Shown here piece by piece: positions 46,515-56,276 of a DNA stretch of 64,000 bases; the first letter of the stretch is position 1, and every line of letters starts with the position of its first letter. A model generated the notes under the pieces. It had not been told where the DNA came from, did no database searches, and was given only the letters and a program-made list of their open reading frames with translations. The stretch is from Candidatus Latescibacterota bacterium. Lineage in GTDB: Bacteria; Latescibacterota; UBA2968; UBA8231. A program made the translations under genes and the position numbers. Location of the stretch: the NCBI GenBank assembly GCA_965208105.1, contig OZ242318.1:800001-864000 (forward strand), written 5' to 3'.

Positions 46515-48749
46515 TCATTCCGTCCAGAAGGAGAACAGGTCGGCGTTGCGCAACTGGAACCGCAGCCGCACGGTCTGGCCGCGCAGCTCTCCCAGGTCCT
46601 CCGCCCCAGACCAGCGCAGCGGAATACGGACACCATCCCGTGAAACCGGCGCGGACCTGTCGAGACTCAGACCGGGGCGCAGCAGGTTTCCCTCTCCATC
46701 CAGAATCTCGGCTCTCAACTCGCCTCCCCTGGCGTCGGCGTTGACCCACAGGGTGGAACCGCGCCACAGGAGGGGCCTGGTCAGCACGGTGCCGGGTTCG
46801 GACCCTGCCTGCACCGAGACGAATCCGTCCAGGCGCAGGACCGCCGCGTGAATGGCGAAGGAACCGGACGAGGATATGCTGCGGAATTTGGCGCCGGTGT
46901 AGTAGAAGAATAGCTCGTCGCCGATGCGGACCGGCCGCGACGGGGGTTCGATCTGGGCGTTGTCGAACACGCCCTCGCCGAGCGGCGAGAGGGGCAGGAA
47001 GTCGGGCCGTTCGTCATGCAGCGCGTACTTCCAGTCGCGAAGGTTGGGGCTAACCGCCAGGCCCGGCACCGAATACCCGTCCCCCCACGGCACCCGCCTG
47101 CTGCTGCCCGAGGTGCGGAACATGGTGGGCATGCCGAGGTAGATGCCTTCGTAGGGGAATACCGCCATGTTGTAGACCTGGGTGTTGTACTGCTCCGGGT
47201 CGTTGACCAGCGGCTGGCGATAGGCGCGATCGGCCGTGATTCGGCGCAGCCACTGGGCACCCAGCTCCTGATCGCGGGCGTCGGCGGCGAACATGAGGAC
47301 CGGATCGGTCCACTCCACGAAGTCCCTGCTGGTGGAGATGTTCACCGCGCGCTGCCCCCCGAATCCGGCGTCGTGGATCGTCCTGAGGGAGAAAACGAAG
47401 CTGCCGCTGAGCTCGTCGTAGATGAGGAAGCCTTCCTCGCCGGCGGGAATCCGGTCCTCGGAGAGGAAGGTCCAGTTGATCCCGTCCGGAGAAGCGGCGG
47501 GCCGCGGATTGGTATCGCCGATCAGCGCCTTCCAGCGGCGCATTGGGTCAGGGTCGCGCTCGTCGTAGAGCACGTGATAGAGGAAAAGATCGTACGGCGA
47601 CATGGGGGTCAGCAGGTTGTTTTCCTTCGAACCCTTGAACTCGAATTCACCGACGATCGGCTTTTCCCAGTGCAGACCGTCATCGGAGACCGCCAGAAAG
47701 GTGCCGATCCCATCCACCCCGATGCCCCGCCCCCAATACCGCAACTCCCAGCGCTTCTCCACAGGGTTCCACAGGGGAGCGTCGCGCATCTGGATGTAGA
47801 GGCTCTCCCAGTCGAATTCGGAGCGGATTACCGGATTGCCCGCGAATTTTACCGGCTGATGCTGGACCCTGCGTGCACCGGCAAGTTCATCGACCACGTA
47901 GGCGTCGGCGAAGAGCTGCTTGCGGCCCTCGCGCAGGTAGACCAACCCTTCCCGGCGGTCGAGGGCAACCGTGAACTGCAGATGGGCACTCTCTTCGATT
48001 GGCACCTCGCGCTGTTCGAAGGGAACGATGTCGAAGCGGTCGATGAATATGGTATAAGTGCGGGCAGTGGCCATCTTGTAAGCGCGGGCGGCCGACCCAA
48101 CCCTTCCAGGAGCCGGCGTCACCGGGGCGGCGCTCTTGCGGGCGCCCGGGACCGGTGCAACAGCCCCTCCTGCCTGCGGCGCTGCGGCGGCGCCGTCCAA
48201 GAGGACCATCTTGCGCACCTGCCTGCCGCCGGCGGTGGTCAGGCGGTAGAAGTAGACCCCCGCGGCGACTGGGCGTCCGGCGTCGTCGCGGCCGTTCCAG
48301 GTTGCCCGGTACTCCCCGGACGGCTGGGGCCGATCAACCAGGGTTTGAACCCGCTGGCCCAGGCTGTTGTAGATGACCAGCCTGACATGGCTGTCCTCGG
48401 CCAGTTGGTAGGGAATATGGGTGGACGGATTGAACGGATTGGGATAGTTCTGGCCCAGGTGGAATCGGTCGGGGGTTGCTCCCCCGTTTCCGCCAACGGC
48501 GGTAGGTCCGGCAAGGTCGATGGAAAAATCGCCGTTGTCGTCGGTCAGGGCGCGGAAGATCTGGATCGGCTGGGCCTCGCTGGTCACCGTCACCGCGGCA
48601 TGCTCGACCGGCCGTGTCTGCGGGAACCTTCCCTCGGAGATAGGGGTGACGACGGTGCCCGAGATCACCTGCGCACCCGCGGAAAAAGGAAAAAATCCGG
48701 CAAGCAGCAATCGAATGATCCACCTGGAGCGGCTGATGGAAATCTTCAT
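46515..48749 (-). CDS. Secreted protein: carboxypeptidase-regulatory-like domain, internal FlgD/T9SS-like domain and glycosidase-like beta-propeller
   Basis: Signal peptide; TDDNGDF; LGQNYPNPFN..WNGRDDAG; KQLFAD; SDDGLHWEKP; SRDFVEW; LRLDGF. Confidence 0.82.
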   Translation of the reverse strand: MKISISRSRWIIRLLLAGFFPFSAGAQVISGTVVTPISEGRFPQTRPVEHAAVTVTSEAQPIQIFRALTDDNGDFSIDLAGPTAVGGNGGATPDRFHLGQNYPNPFNPSTHIPYQLAEDSHVRLVIYNSLGQRVQTLVDRPQPSGEYRATWNGRDDAGRPVAAGVYFYRLTTAGGRQVRKMVLLDGAAAAPQAGGAVAPVPGARKSAAPVTPAPGRVGSAARAYKMATARTYTIFIDRFDIVPFEQREVPIEESAHLQFTVALDRREGLVYLREGRKQLFADAYVVDELAGARRVQHQPVKFAGNPVIRSEFDWESLYIQMRDAPLWNPVEKRWELRYWGRGIGVDGIGTFLAVSDDGLHWEKPIVGEFEFKGSKENNLLTPMSPYDLFLYHVLYDERDPDPMRRWKALIGDTNPRPAASPDGINWTFLSEDRIPAGEEGFLIYDELSGSFVFSLRTIHDAGFGGQRAVNISTSRDFVEWTDPVLMFAADARDQELGAQWLRRITADRAYRQPLVNDPEQYNTQVYNMAVFPYEGIYLGMPTMFRTSGSSRRVPWGDGYSVPGLAVSPNLRDWKYALHDERPDFLPLSPLGEGVFDNAQIEPPSRPVRIGDELFFYYTGAKFRSISSSGSFAIHAAVLRLDGFVSVQAGSEPGTVLTRPLLWRGSTLWVNADARGGELRAEILDGEGNLLRPGLSLDRSAPVSRDGVRIPLRWSGAEDLGELRGQTVRLRFQLRNADLFSFWTE

Positions 48750-48826
48750 TTCACCCACTTTCCTTTTGTCCGGCCCCTCCATCGTGCATCCCGCCCGGAT
48801 CGGCCAAAACGTGGAGATGATCCCCT

Positions 48827-49429
48827 TCAGTACCAGAGATAGCCGGCGCTGAAGACGGCAATCAGACCCGTGACCTCGGCCTCCACCTCTTGGGCGCCTA
48901 CGGTGGCCTCGGCGTTCGGCGTACCCCAGCCGAAGGTCCCTTTCACCATCCAGTTTTTCCTCACCTCGTAGCCTATGCTCGCGGCCAGCCCGGGGCCGTC
49001 GAAGGCGTTGTCCCCACCGTCGTCCCAGCGCGCCGTGCCGATGACCGCTTCGACAAAGGGAGAAGGGGCGCGCTGGTTGAAGAAATAGGCCGCGCCGAAG
49101 CCGTTGATCTTGAAGCTGGTGCTGCCCCTGGTGACGGAAGTGCCGAGAAGCTTGGTCTCGTCGTCGTCGGTGTCGCTGCCCAGACCCCAGACCCAGCCCA
49201 ACACGAGCCGGTCGGTGAGGCCATAGCCGAACTGAATGGTTGTCCCGAATGCCGAGTCGCTGTCGTCGCGGCTGGAGGACTCGCCAGCGATGAGCCACTC
49301 CTGCTCGACGGACTGGTAGATTGGTCCGAGGCCGAAACCCAGCAGAAAGCCCGCCCTTCGTCCGTCAAAGGCGTGTGCGGCCATGGGCAGGGTCAGCAGA
49401 AGGGCGGTCAGGGTCAAGACGCGTGGCAT
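48827..49429 (-). CDS. Outer-membrane beta-barrel protein
   Basis: Signal peptide (AAHA-FDG); alternating Gly/aromatic strands; terminal GYLWY; GGAG RBS. Confidence 0.8.
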   Translation of the reverse strand: MPRVLTLTALLLTLPMAAHAFDGRRAGFLLGFGLGPIYQSVEQEWLIAGESSSRDDSDSAFGTTIQFGYGLTDRLVLGWVWGLGSDTDDDETKLLGTSVTRGSTSFKINGFGAAYFFNQRAPSPFVEAVIGTARWDDGGDNAFDGPGLAASIGYEVRKNWMVKGTFGWGTPNAEATVGAQEVEAEVTGLIAVFSAGYLWY

Positions 49430-49504
49430 GAAGGAGCTCCATTCTACGGGGTCAGGGACGCGCAGGTCTTCCTTCTCGTTATTCATAATCCCGATCTCCC
49501 GGAT

Positions 49505-50299
49505 CTAATCATCGGGGTCCATCCCCACCCGGTCCAGGCGCCCCATCTCCTCTTCCCCCAGTGTCCAGTCGAACAAATCCAGGTTGTCGCGCAAGTGGGC
49601 GGTGGAGCTGGCCTTGGGGATGACGATCATGTCCTTTTGCAGCAACCACCTCAGGGCCACCTGGGCGGGGGTCTTGCCGTGACCGGCGGCCACCTGCGCC
49701 AGGGCCTCGTCCCGCGCCAGGTCGCCGCGCGCCAGGGGGCGGTGCGCCGTCAGCACCACGTCGAGGCCGTGGCAATGGCGCCGCAGCTTCTCGCGGTTGC
49801 AGCGCAGGTGGTACTCCACCTGATTGGTGCAGATGGGCAGGCCGGTGGCGGCCCTGGCGCGGTCGGTCTGCTCGATGCTGAAATTGCTGATACCGAAGCT
49901 CCTGGCCTGGCCGGCGGCGTGGATTTTCTCGAAAGTGGCCAGGGTGCGCTCAAACGGCACCCCCGGAGCGGGGCGGTGGATGAGCAGGAGATCGACGTAG
50001 TCGGTCTGCAGATCGCGCAGAATCTCCTCCATCTGCCCCTGGGTCTCCTCGTCCTCCAGCTGCGAATCATAGACCTTCGAGGTGATGAAGAGGCGGCCGC
50101 GGTCGGCGCCCACCTCCTTGAGGGCCTGGCCAATGGCTTCCTGATTCCGGTACCTCCAGGCCGAATCCAGGTGGGAATAGCCCAGCTCCAGGGCCTCCTT
50201 GACCACCGCCTTGCACTGCTCGCAGCGCAACTGCCAGGTGCCCAGCCCCAGTTGCGGAATGGCTTTGCCCGAGGCCAGGGTGATGTTCGGCGTGCTCAT
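49505..50299 (-). CDS. Aldo/keto reductase (DkgB-like)
   Basis: IPQLGLGTW, DSAWRY, DYVDLLLIH, GISNF, NQVEYH, IPKASS. Confidence 0.93.
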   Translation of the reverse strand: MSTPNITLASGKAIPQLGLGTWQLRCEQCKAVVKEALELGYSHLDSAWRYRNQEAIGQALKEVGADRGRLFITSKVYDSQLEDEETQGQMEEILRDLQTDYVDLLLIHRPAPGVPFERTLATFEKIHAAGQARSFGISNFSIEQTDRARAATGLPICTNQVEYHLRCNREKLRRHCHGLDVVLTAHRPLARGDLARDEALAQVAAGHGKTPAQVALRWLLQKDMIVIPKASSTAHLRDNLDLFDWTLGEEEMGRLDRVGMDPDD

Positions 50300-50429
50300 G
50301 TGACTTCTCCTCTTCTGGAAAGCTATACCTGCCGATCATGGAAGAAAAGATAAGGGGAAAGGAGCCTGATCACCCTTCCCCTCCTTGTTGCGCTCCCCGG
50401 GATTTCGTCAGCCTGCCCTGCACCAGGGC

Positions 50430-51464
50430 TCAAGGGACCGGGGCTCCGGCATCGACAAGCCCTTCCTGTTTGAGCTCGGCCCAGAAGTCGGCCGGGATCT
50501 CCCGCTCCAGGCAGTCCACGTTGGCGGCCACTTCGGCGACGCTCCGCGCCCCGGGAACGACGGTTGCCACGGCCGGATGCCCCAGGGGAAACTGCAGGGC
50601 GGCCGCCGGCAGGGGCACCTGGTGCCGGGCGCAGACCGACTCGATGCGGCGCACCCTGGCCAGCACCTCTTCGGGCGCCGGCGCGTAGTTGTAGTAAGCC
50701 CCTTCCACCGCGCCGCCTGCTAGTATCCCCGAGTTGTAGGGCCCGCCGATGATGATCCGCACCCCTTTCTCCAGGCACAGGGGCAGCAACACGCGCAGCG
50801 ACTCCTGCTCCAGCAGGGTGTAGCGGCCGGCCAGCAGAAATGCGTCGAAGTCTCCGGCGCGGGCGAAATCGGCCAGCATCTGCCACTGGTTCATGCCCAG
50901 GCCGACGGCCTTGACCACCCGCTGCCGGCGCAGCTCGTCGAGGGCGGGATAGGCTTCCTCCATTACCTGGTCGAAGTAGCCCCGTCCCCCCGGTTTCCAG
51001 TCCGGCTCGATGCTCTTCGCCTCGTCGGGATCGTGGATCAGCACCATGTCGAGGCGATCGGTCTGGAGCCGCTCCAGACTCCCCTCGATGGAGCGCAGCA
51101 CCGCGTCGCGGGAGTAGTCGAAGTAGCTGGTCAGCTTGGGGGCGTCGATGAAGAGATCGACGTAGTCGTCGCCGGGCTTCCGCTCCACCAGGGTATAGCC
51201 CACCTTGGAGGAGATGGCGATCTCGTTGCGGGGGTAGCGCGCCAGCCCCGGCCCCAGGCGCGTCTCGCTGAGGCCGTAGCCGTAGAGCGGCGCCGTGTCG
51301 AAGTAGCGCACCCCGGCAGCGAAGGAGGCTTCGATCACCTCCAGCCCCTCCTGCTCGCTCAACGCGGAATACATGTTGCCGAAGGTCGTTCCCCCCAGTC
51401 CGAGGCGCGTCACTTCCAGGCCGTGCGGCCCGATTCTTTCCCTGTCTCCCGCACGCATAGGCAT
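50430..51464 (-). CDS. Aldo/keto reductase (D-threo-aldose 1-dehydrogenase-like)
   Basis: FDTAPLYGYGLSE, SSKVG, FDYS, LIHDPD, LLAGRYTLLEQ. Start uncertain. Confidence 0.92.
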   Translation of the reverse strand: MPMRAGDRERIGPHGLEVTRLGLGGTTFGNMYSALSEQEGLEVIEASFAAGVRYFDTAPLYGYGLSETRLGPGLARYPRNEIAISSKVGYTLVERKPGDDYVDLFIDAPKLTSYFDYSRDAVLRSIEGSLERLQTDRLDMVLIHDPDEAKSIEPDWKPGGRGYFDQVMEEAYPALDELRRQRVVKAVGLGMNQWQMLADFARAGDFDAFLLAGRYTLLEQESLRVLLPLCLEKGVRIIIGGPYNSGILAGGAVEGAYYNYAPAPEEVLARVRRIESVCARHQVPLPAAALQFPLGHPAVATVVPGARSVAEVAANVDCLEREIPADFWAELKQEGLVDAGAPVP

Positions 51465-51596
51465 GTGCAAAAAGAGCCTTTCGGGGGTTCTCTGTCAAGA
51501 CGATGATCTTGGCAAGGGGTGCCAGAGGGTTGCGAAGCAGTTTGGAAGACAGGACCGAGGCTGGGGACCAGAGCGGCCTGAGGCTGCGAAGGTGAA

Positions 51597-53000
51597 TCAG
51601 GAGGCGCCATAGCCTTCCCAGAAGGCCTTGCCCCATTCGCTGCGGGCGTCGTCCCAGTCGTCCCGCCATCGATATAGCTGGTTCCTGAGCTCCTGAAGCC
51701 TGTCCGCATAGGACCCGTCGCCGGCCAGGTTGTGACATTCCTCCGGGTCCTCCGCCAGATCGAACAACTGCGTGGTACGCTGCCCGTTCACCACGTACTC
51801 GATCAGCTTGTAGCGCTCGTCCTTCACCATGCGCTGCCACTGGCGGTAGGCGCCGAACAGCGAATCCCGCGGACCCACGCCGGGACCTTCCAGCGCCGGG
51901 ACCAGGCTCGACCCTTGCACCGAAGCAGGCGTATCGATCCCGGTCAGTTCACACAGGGTGGGAAAGATGTCGAGCAGGTAGGCGCAGGCGTTGCGGCGGA
52001 CGCCGCGGGGCACGCCCGGTCCGGCGAAGACCAGGGGCACGCGCACGCTGTGCTCGTAGAGGTTCTGCTTGCCGAAGAGACCGTGCTGTCCCAGGGCCAG
52101 GCCGTTGTCTCCGGCGAAGACCACGATGGTGTCCTCCGCCCTGCCGCAGGCCTGGAGCGCATCCATCACCCGGCCCATCTGGGCGTCCACGTGGGTTATC
52201 ATGGCGTAGTACTCGGCGAGGTGCCGACGCACCTCGGCCGGGCCGCGCGGGAAGTCCTCGAGCAGTTCGTCGCGCCCCTTCAGATCGCCGTTGTCGAAGG
52301 GGTGGCCCCCCATGAAATTGCCCGGCAAGGGGATGTCCTCCGGATCGTAGAGGTCCAGGTACTCCCGGGGCATGGTGCGGGGATCGTGCGGCGCCAGGAA
52401 CGAGACGTAGATGAAGAAGGGGTCGCCGGAGTCGTAGCGCTGCAGCCACTCGACCGCGGCGTCTGCGAACAACTCGCTGGAATGCCTGCCCGCACTCAAG
52501 TGGTCCCCTTTGCGCAGCATCAATGCGTTGGAGCGCCGCGGGTCCACACACTGGGGCCAGGTGGCAGCATATCTACCTTCGGGGTCGTAGTCGAAGACAG
52601 GTACGTTCCAGTGGTCGGCCATTCCTCCGAAGAAAATCTCGCCCCCATCGCAGAAACTGCGGGTGAACGACGATATTCCGTTGTGCCATTTCCCCGTGCC
52701 CCATGTGCGATAGCCGTGTGCCCTCAGATGCTCTCCCATCAGCACGTGGTCCAGGGGGATATCCTCGCCGGCCCCGCGCAGGTGAAAGAGGGTGCGTCCG
52801 GTGTGCAGCATTGCCCGGCTGGGCATGCACACCGCCGCCGACGTGCCTCCCGGAATATGGGCGTGGGTGAAGGCAGTTCCCGCGGCCACCAGCCGGTCCA
52901 TGGTCGGGGTGATGACGCCCGGATTCCCCAGCGTCCGAATGGTGTCGAAGCGCTGGTCGTCGGTGAAGAAGAAGAGAATGTTGGGCGGTCTGCGGCTCAA
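51597..53000 (-). CDS. Formylglycine-dependent sulfatase
   Basis: PNILFFFTDDQR, CMPSRAMLHTG (CxPxR), GKWH, APHDP, GDNG, KQNLYE; TTG start after GAGGAG. Confidence 0.95.
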   Translation of the reverse strand: MSRRPPNILFFFTDDQRFDTIRTLGNPGVITPTMDRLVAAGTAFTHAHIPGGTSAAVCMPSRAMLHTGRTLFHLRGAGEDIPLDHVLMGEHLRAHGYRTWGTGKWHNGISSFTRSFCDGGEIFFGGMADHWNVPVFDYDPEGRYAATWPQCVDPRRSNALMLRKGDHLSAGRHSSELFADAAVEWLQRYDSGDPFFIYVSFLAPHDPRTMPREYLDLYDPEDIPLPGNFMGGHPFDNGDLKGRDELLEDFPRGPAEVRRHLAEYYAMITHVDAQMGRVMDALQACGRAEDTIVVFAGDNGLALGQHGLFGKQNLYEHSVRVPLVFAGPGVPRGVRRNACAYLLDIFPTLCELTGIDTPASVQGSSLVPALEGPGVGPRDSLFGAYRQWQRMVKDERYKLIEYVVNGQRTTQLFDLAEDPEECHNLAGDGSYADRLQELRNQLYRWRDDWDDARSEWGKAFWEGYGAS

Positions 53001-53082
53001 AATAACTCCTCAAGCATTTGCGATGTGGGGACTGGTTTTGCGGAGAGTTGGGGGTTGGTGGCTCGCTCAAAATCGCAATCTG

Positions 53083-53703
53083 TCAGTCCTTCTTGTCGCC
53101 GTAGGTCTCTCGGTAAATTTCCTGGAGAAGCCGCCCTTCGAACCTCCAGTGAGGGGTAGGAGCAACACTATGGTCAATTTCTAGGATATTTCGTGTTGCC
53201 CGGGTCAGCGACATCTCCTCTCCCCTGAACGTTACAAGCCTATCCCCGCTCACGGTCGCTTCCTCATCAGTCTTATCGGATACAAGCGTCGATCCGATCG
53301 GGATTCCCATCTCGACGAAATTCAGGTTTGGCCTGCGACTCTTAAACTTCTTCACCGCTTCGCGCTCCCCTGCTTCCAGTTTGTCGGTCTCCTTATTTAC
53401 CAGTGGAGTCACATCATCACCGGGCAACACTTTGAGGAGCGACTCGACTTGGTATGTTTCAATTTCAAAAAATTCCCTGTAGGGGTTTAACCGGTATGGC
53501 TCAAATGCCTTGTGGAGGGCCTTCTCAAATTCTTCTGCCTTTGAGTCGTCAGTTTGAGTTGCAATGGCACATTCAAACGGTAGCGGAACACCTGTAGTGT
53601 AGAGCTCATTCATTCTGACCTGGGGGTTCTCCCGTGTCGTTGTTCCGATTTTGACGACACCCGGCATAGCTGGGTTGGTCAGCACATACACGATTTTGGA
53701 CAT
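53083..53703 (-). CDS. GIY-YIG nuclease family protein (T5orf172-like)
   Basis: IVYVLTNPAMPGVVKIG, TGVPLPF, EKALH, REFF; lower GC than its neighbours. Confidence 0.88.
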   Translation of the reverse strand: MSKIVYVLTNPAMPGVVKIGTTTRENPQVRMNELYTTGVPLPFECAIATQTDDSKAEEFEKALHKAFEPYRLNPYREFFEIETYQVESLLKVLPGDDVTPLVNKETDKLEAGEREAVKKFKSRRPNLNFVEMGIPIGSTLVSDKTDEEATVSGDRLVTFRGEEMSLTRATRNILEIDHSVAPTPHWRFEGRLLQEIYRETYGDKKD

Positions 53704-54026
53704 GTAAGAATTTTCCTTAAGCGAAAAGACCTTGCGGTCGGTTGTTCAAGAGGTGTGATTCTGATGCTCCACAAGCCTGAAGGGCTAGGCAATGGCCTTG
53801 GGCCTGAGCAAATCGTCAGCGTTCATTTTAGGATAGTCGCGGACGGGATAGCGATTACCCGAGTGTCACGTAAAACTAACATAAAGACCTTTTTCAATTC
53901 TCCGTCAAGTTGTTAAACCCAGGCTCAGGGCGCCGGGACATCCTGATAGTGCAGGAGATTTCACCAGGACCGGGAATCAGAGTTTCTGAATTCTGACCAG
54001 GCTTAGTCCGGCCTCGCAAAACCCAA

Positions 54027-54560
54027 TCAGGCCTTTGCCCCCACCTGACTGAAGTCCAATAACGCGTTTATATATGCAGCAGCGGATTCACGCATGAGTC
54101 CAAGTCCCTCTTCGGAGATTGGACCCTGGTCTTCAGCCACACACAAGTCGGATAAAATGCGGACGCCGACGTAGTTGATCTCGTTGATCGCACAGACATC
54201 CACGATTGCCGCGGATTCCCAATTAACCGCTATGGCTCCGCTCTTTTGGGCGATTCTGTCTCGTTCTGCACGGTCGTAGATGTCCATATCGCCGCAGATC
54301 ACGGAAGATTGCCACAGCCTCGCCCCCCGAGTTATCTGATAGACAGGTTGCAAAGCTGCCGATGGAGACAGAAGAGGCATGGAAGACACGCGCTCTACCG
54401 GCATCCTGGTCGCTGCGGATATCCGGCCTGTTTGGGATATCGTGCTCCGAGACGCCGGTAGTTACGACCATATCGCCGATGCTTAGGGAATCTACCAGGC
54501 CACCCGCAAATCCAAACTCGAAAGCTGAAATTTTTCCCGCGAATCGGCGGGCGCACCAAG
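54027..54560 (-). pseudogene. Frameshifted, 5'-truncated MTA/SAH nucleosidase (PNP/UDP family)
   Basis: FGFAGGL..LSIGDMVV..EHD in one frame; ICGD..AIAVNWESAAI..VRILSD in another; frameshift near 54400. Confidence 0.7.
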
Positions 54561-54636
54561 CCCTGCGGCCAGGCAAACGCCGACATGGCCATGGGCCGAG
54601 CTAGGCGAAACAGCGGAAGAATGGTCAGGCGTGTGA

Positions 54637-55410
54637 CTAGGCTTGCTCCTCGGGCGACTTGAAGAGGGAAATCCGGTTGCCGGCAATGTCGTTGAATATC
54701 GCCATGGAACCGAAGCCGCCGGGGATCTCACTGGGCTGCATCAGGGCGGTTGCGCCGAGGCTCACCGCCTTGTCGAGGTAAGCCTGCAGGTCGTCAACCT
54801 CGACCGCAACCGAAGGGGCGTTGGGGGGCATGCCTTCCATGTGCTGAAATATGCCGCCGCCGATGCCGTCCGGCGCCCTCTCTACGAGGCGGTAGGTCAT
54901 GCCGTTTCCCATGTCCACGGCATTTACCTGCCAGCCGAACATTTTGGTGTAGAAGTCTTCGAGCGCCGCGGCGTCGCTGCCGCCGAGCTCGAAATGGACT
55001 ACGCGGGGATGATCGGCCAATGGAGGCATCTCACCGTCCCAATCGGGGGGAAGCGAGTACAGGCCGATGGTGTTTTGGGCGGGATCCTGGAACATGGCGA
55101 TGGAGCCCATGCCGGGGGCAATCTCCATGGGCGGCAACACGCCGGCGCCACCCATGGCGGACAGCTTGTCCAGGGCCTCCTGAAGGTCGTTTACCTGGAT
55201 GTAGAAGGTCACGTAGCTGCGGACGGGCATGTCCTCGGTGGTTCCCATGATGCCGCCGCCGATCCCGCCCACGGTGGACTGCACCAGGCCGTAGTTGCCC
55301 ATCTCCTCGCCCTGTACCTGCACCTGCCAGCCGAAGAGGTCCTGGTAGAATTTCTGCAAGGCGGGACCGTCGGGGCCCCCGATTTCAAAGTGGACTACTG
55401 GATTTCCCAT
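54637..55410 (-). CDS. Tandem-domain VOC/glyoxalase family protein
   Basis: Two copies of VVHFE.GG.D..AL..FY...FGW..GIGGGI..V.DL..A.F.D.A.N.I; GAGGAGG RBS. Confidence 0.92.
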   Translation of the reverse strand: MGNPVVHFEIGGPDGPALQKFYQDLFGWQVQVQGEEMGNYGLVQSTVGGIGGGIMGTTEDMPVRSYVTFYIQVNDLQEALDKLSAMGGAGVLPPMEIAPGMGSIAMFQDPAQNTIGLYSLPPDWDGEMPPLADHPRVVHFELGGSDAAALEDFYTKMFGWQVNAVDMGNGMTYRLVERAPDGIGGGIFQHMEGMPPNAPSVAVEVDDLQAYLDKAVSLGATALMQPSEIPGGFGSMAIFNDIAGNRISLFKSPEEQA

Positions 55411-55545
55411 TGCTCCTCCTCAGGTTTATGGAAAGTCTGAGAAAATGGACCCAAACTCCAAAATTATCAATACAAAAATGGAGTTGGGTCCCGAATTATC
55501 AGATATCGGTCTGGTTGCCCCTGCAGCCTATTCTGCCCGTATCAG

Positions 55546-55582
55546 GATCAACCTGGAGACGTGGATTCCCTGTCCACTGCAC
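55546..55582. repeat. 37-bp direct repeat, copy 1
   Basis: gatcaacctggagacgtggattccctgtccactgcac; 34/37 identical to 56277-56313. Confidence 0.85.
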
Positions 55583-55658
55583 GCGCCTCATCTACGGCAT
55601 ATCCAAGCACGCTTTTGACGGAATGTGCGAATGAGACACCCCTGCTCTGCCTGGAGCT

Positions 55659-56126
55659 TCAACTGGACATGGACCGCTCTAACGCGCGCCGCACCTCATC
55701 GGGCCTGACTCCCAATTCCTCCAGCAAGGGGCCGACAACGGGCCGCATCACCTTTCCCACCAGGGCGAGCAGCAGATGCTCGAAGCCCACTTCCCAGTTG
55801 CCCCGACTAAAAGCTTCTTCGTGCGGCAACTCGAGGACCCTTTTGACTGGGGCGGCAACGCGGGGCTGTTTGGCTGCTTTTTCGACGAAGGCAATCATTT
55901 TCGGCCAGCTCTCAAAGCCGTAATCGCGAGAAAGCGCGAATTGAGCCTCCTGCACCGTAATTCTGTTGTGCCAGCCCCCGTCACGGGGTTGACCGGCCAA
56001 GCGCGGAAGGTGCGCGCGCAGGAGCCTTCTGGCAGACTCCTGGCCGTCGTGACAGGCTTTCTGCAGTTGCCTTGCCTCTTTCTTGAGGTGCTCTTTGCTT
56101 GGTCGAAATGGAAGTGAACGGGACAT
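55659..56126 (-). CDS. Small protein: N-terminal 'LPxRPSxEHLKK..RDYGFESW' module plus Clp N-terminal repeat
   Basis: SLPFRPSKEHLKKEARQL..AQFALSRDYGFESWPK; KRVLEL..EEA..EVGFEHLLLAL..LLEELGV. Confidence 0.8.
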   Translation of the reverse strand: MSRSLPFRPSKEHLKKEARQLQKACHDGQESARRLLRAHLPRLAGQPRDGGWHNRITVQEAQFALSRDYGFESWPKMIAFVEKAAKQPRVAAPVKRVLELPHEEAFSRGNWEVGFEHLLLALVGKVMRPVVGPLLEELGVRPDEVRRALERSMSS

Positions 56127-56240
56127 AAGTACCCTCTTTCCGAAGTGCCGGATCGTCCGCCAGGACCGGCAGAAAGAAGGTGGATTGTACAGCGAGGTGG
56201 GGTGGGCTGTGCCCTGACCGCGAACGTGGGCGCTCCCCCG
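56127..56240 (-). ncRNA. Putative structured cis-regulatory leader RNA
   Basis: Stems GCCC/GGGC, ACAGC/GCUGU and CCUUCUUUC/GAAAGAGGG (hides the RBS) enclosing UGCCG/CGGCA and GUCC-UGGC-GGAC; AT-rich -10-like sequence just upstream. Confidence 0.55.
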
Positions 56241-56276
56241 AAAGCACTATTCTAAATATACTAGAACAAAGTCTGC

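Noticed and set aside
56185-56235. HDV-like ribozyme resemblance (CAGC..CCUCGCUG) in the leader RNA
   Set aside because: The P1/P2 nested pseudoknot pairings required by the HDV fold could not be built.
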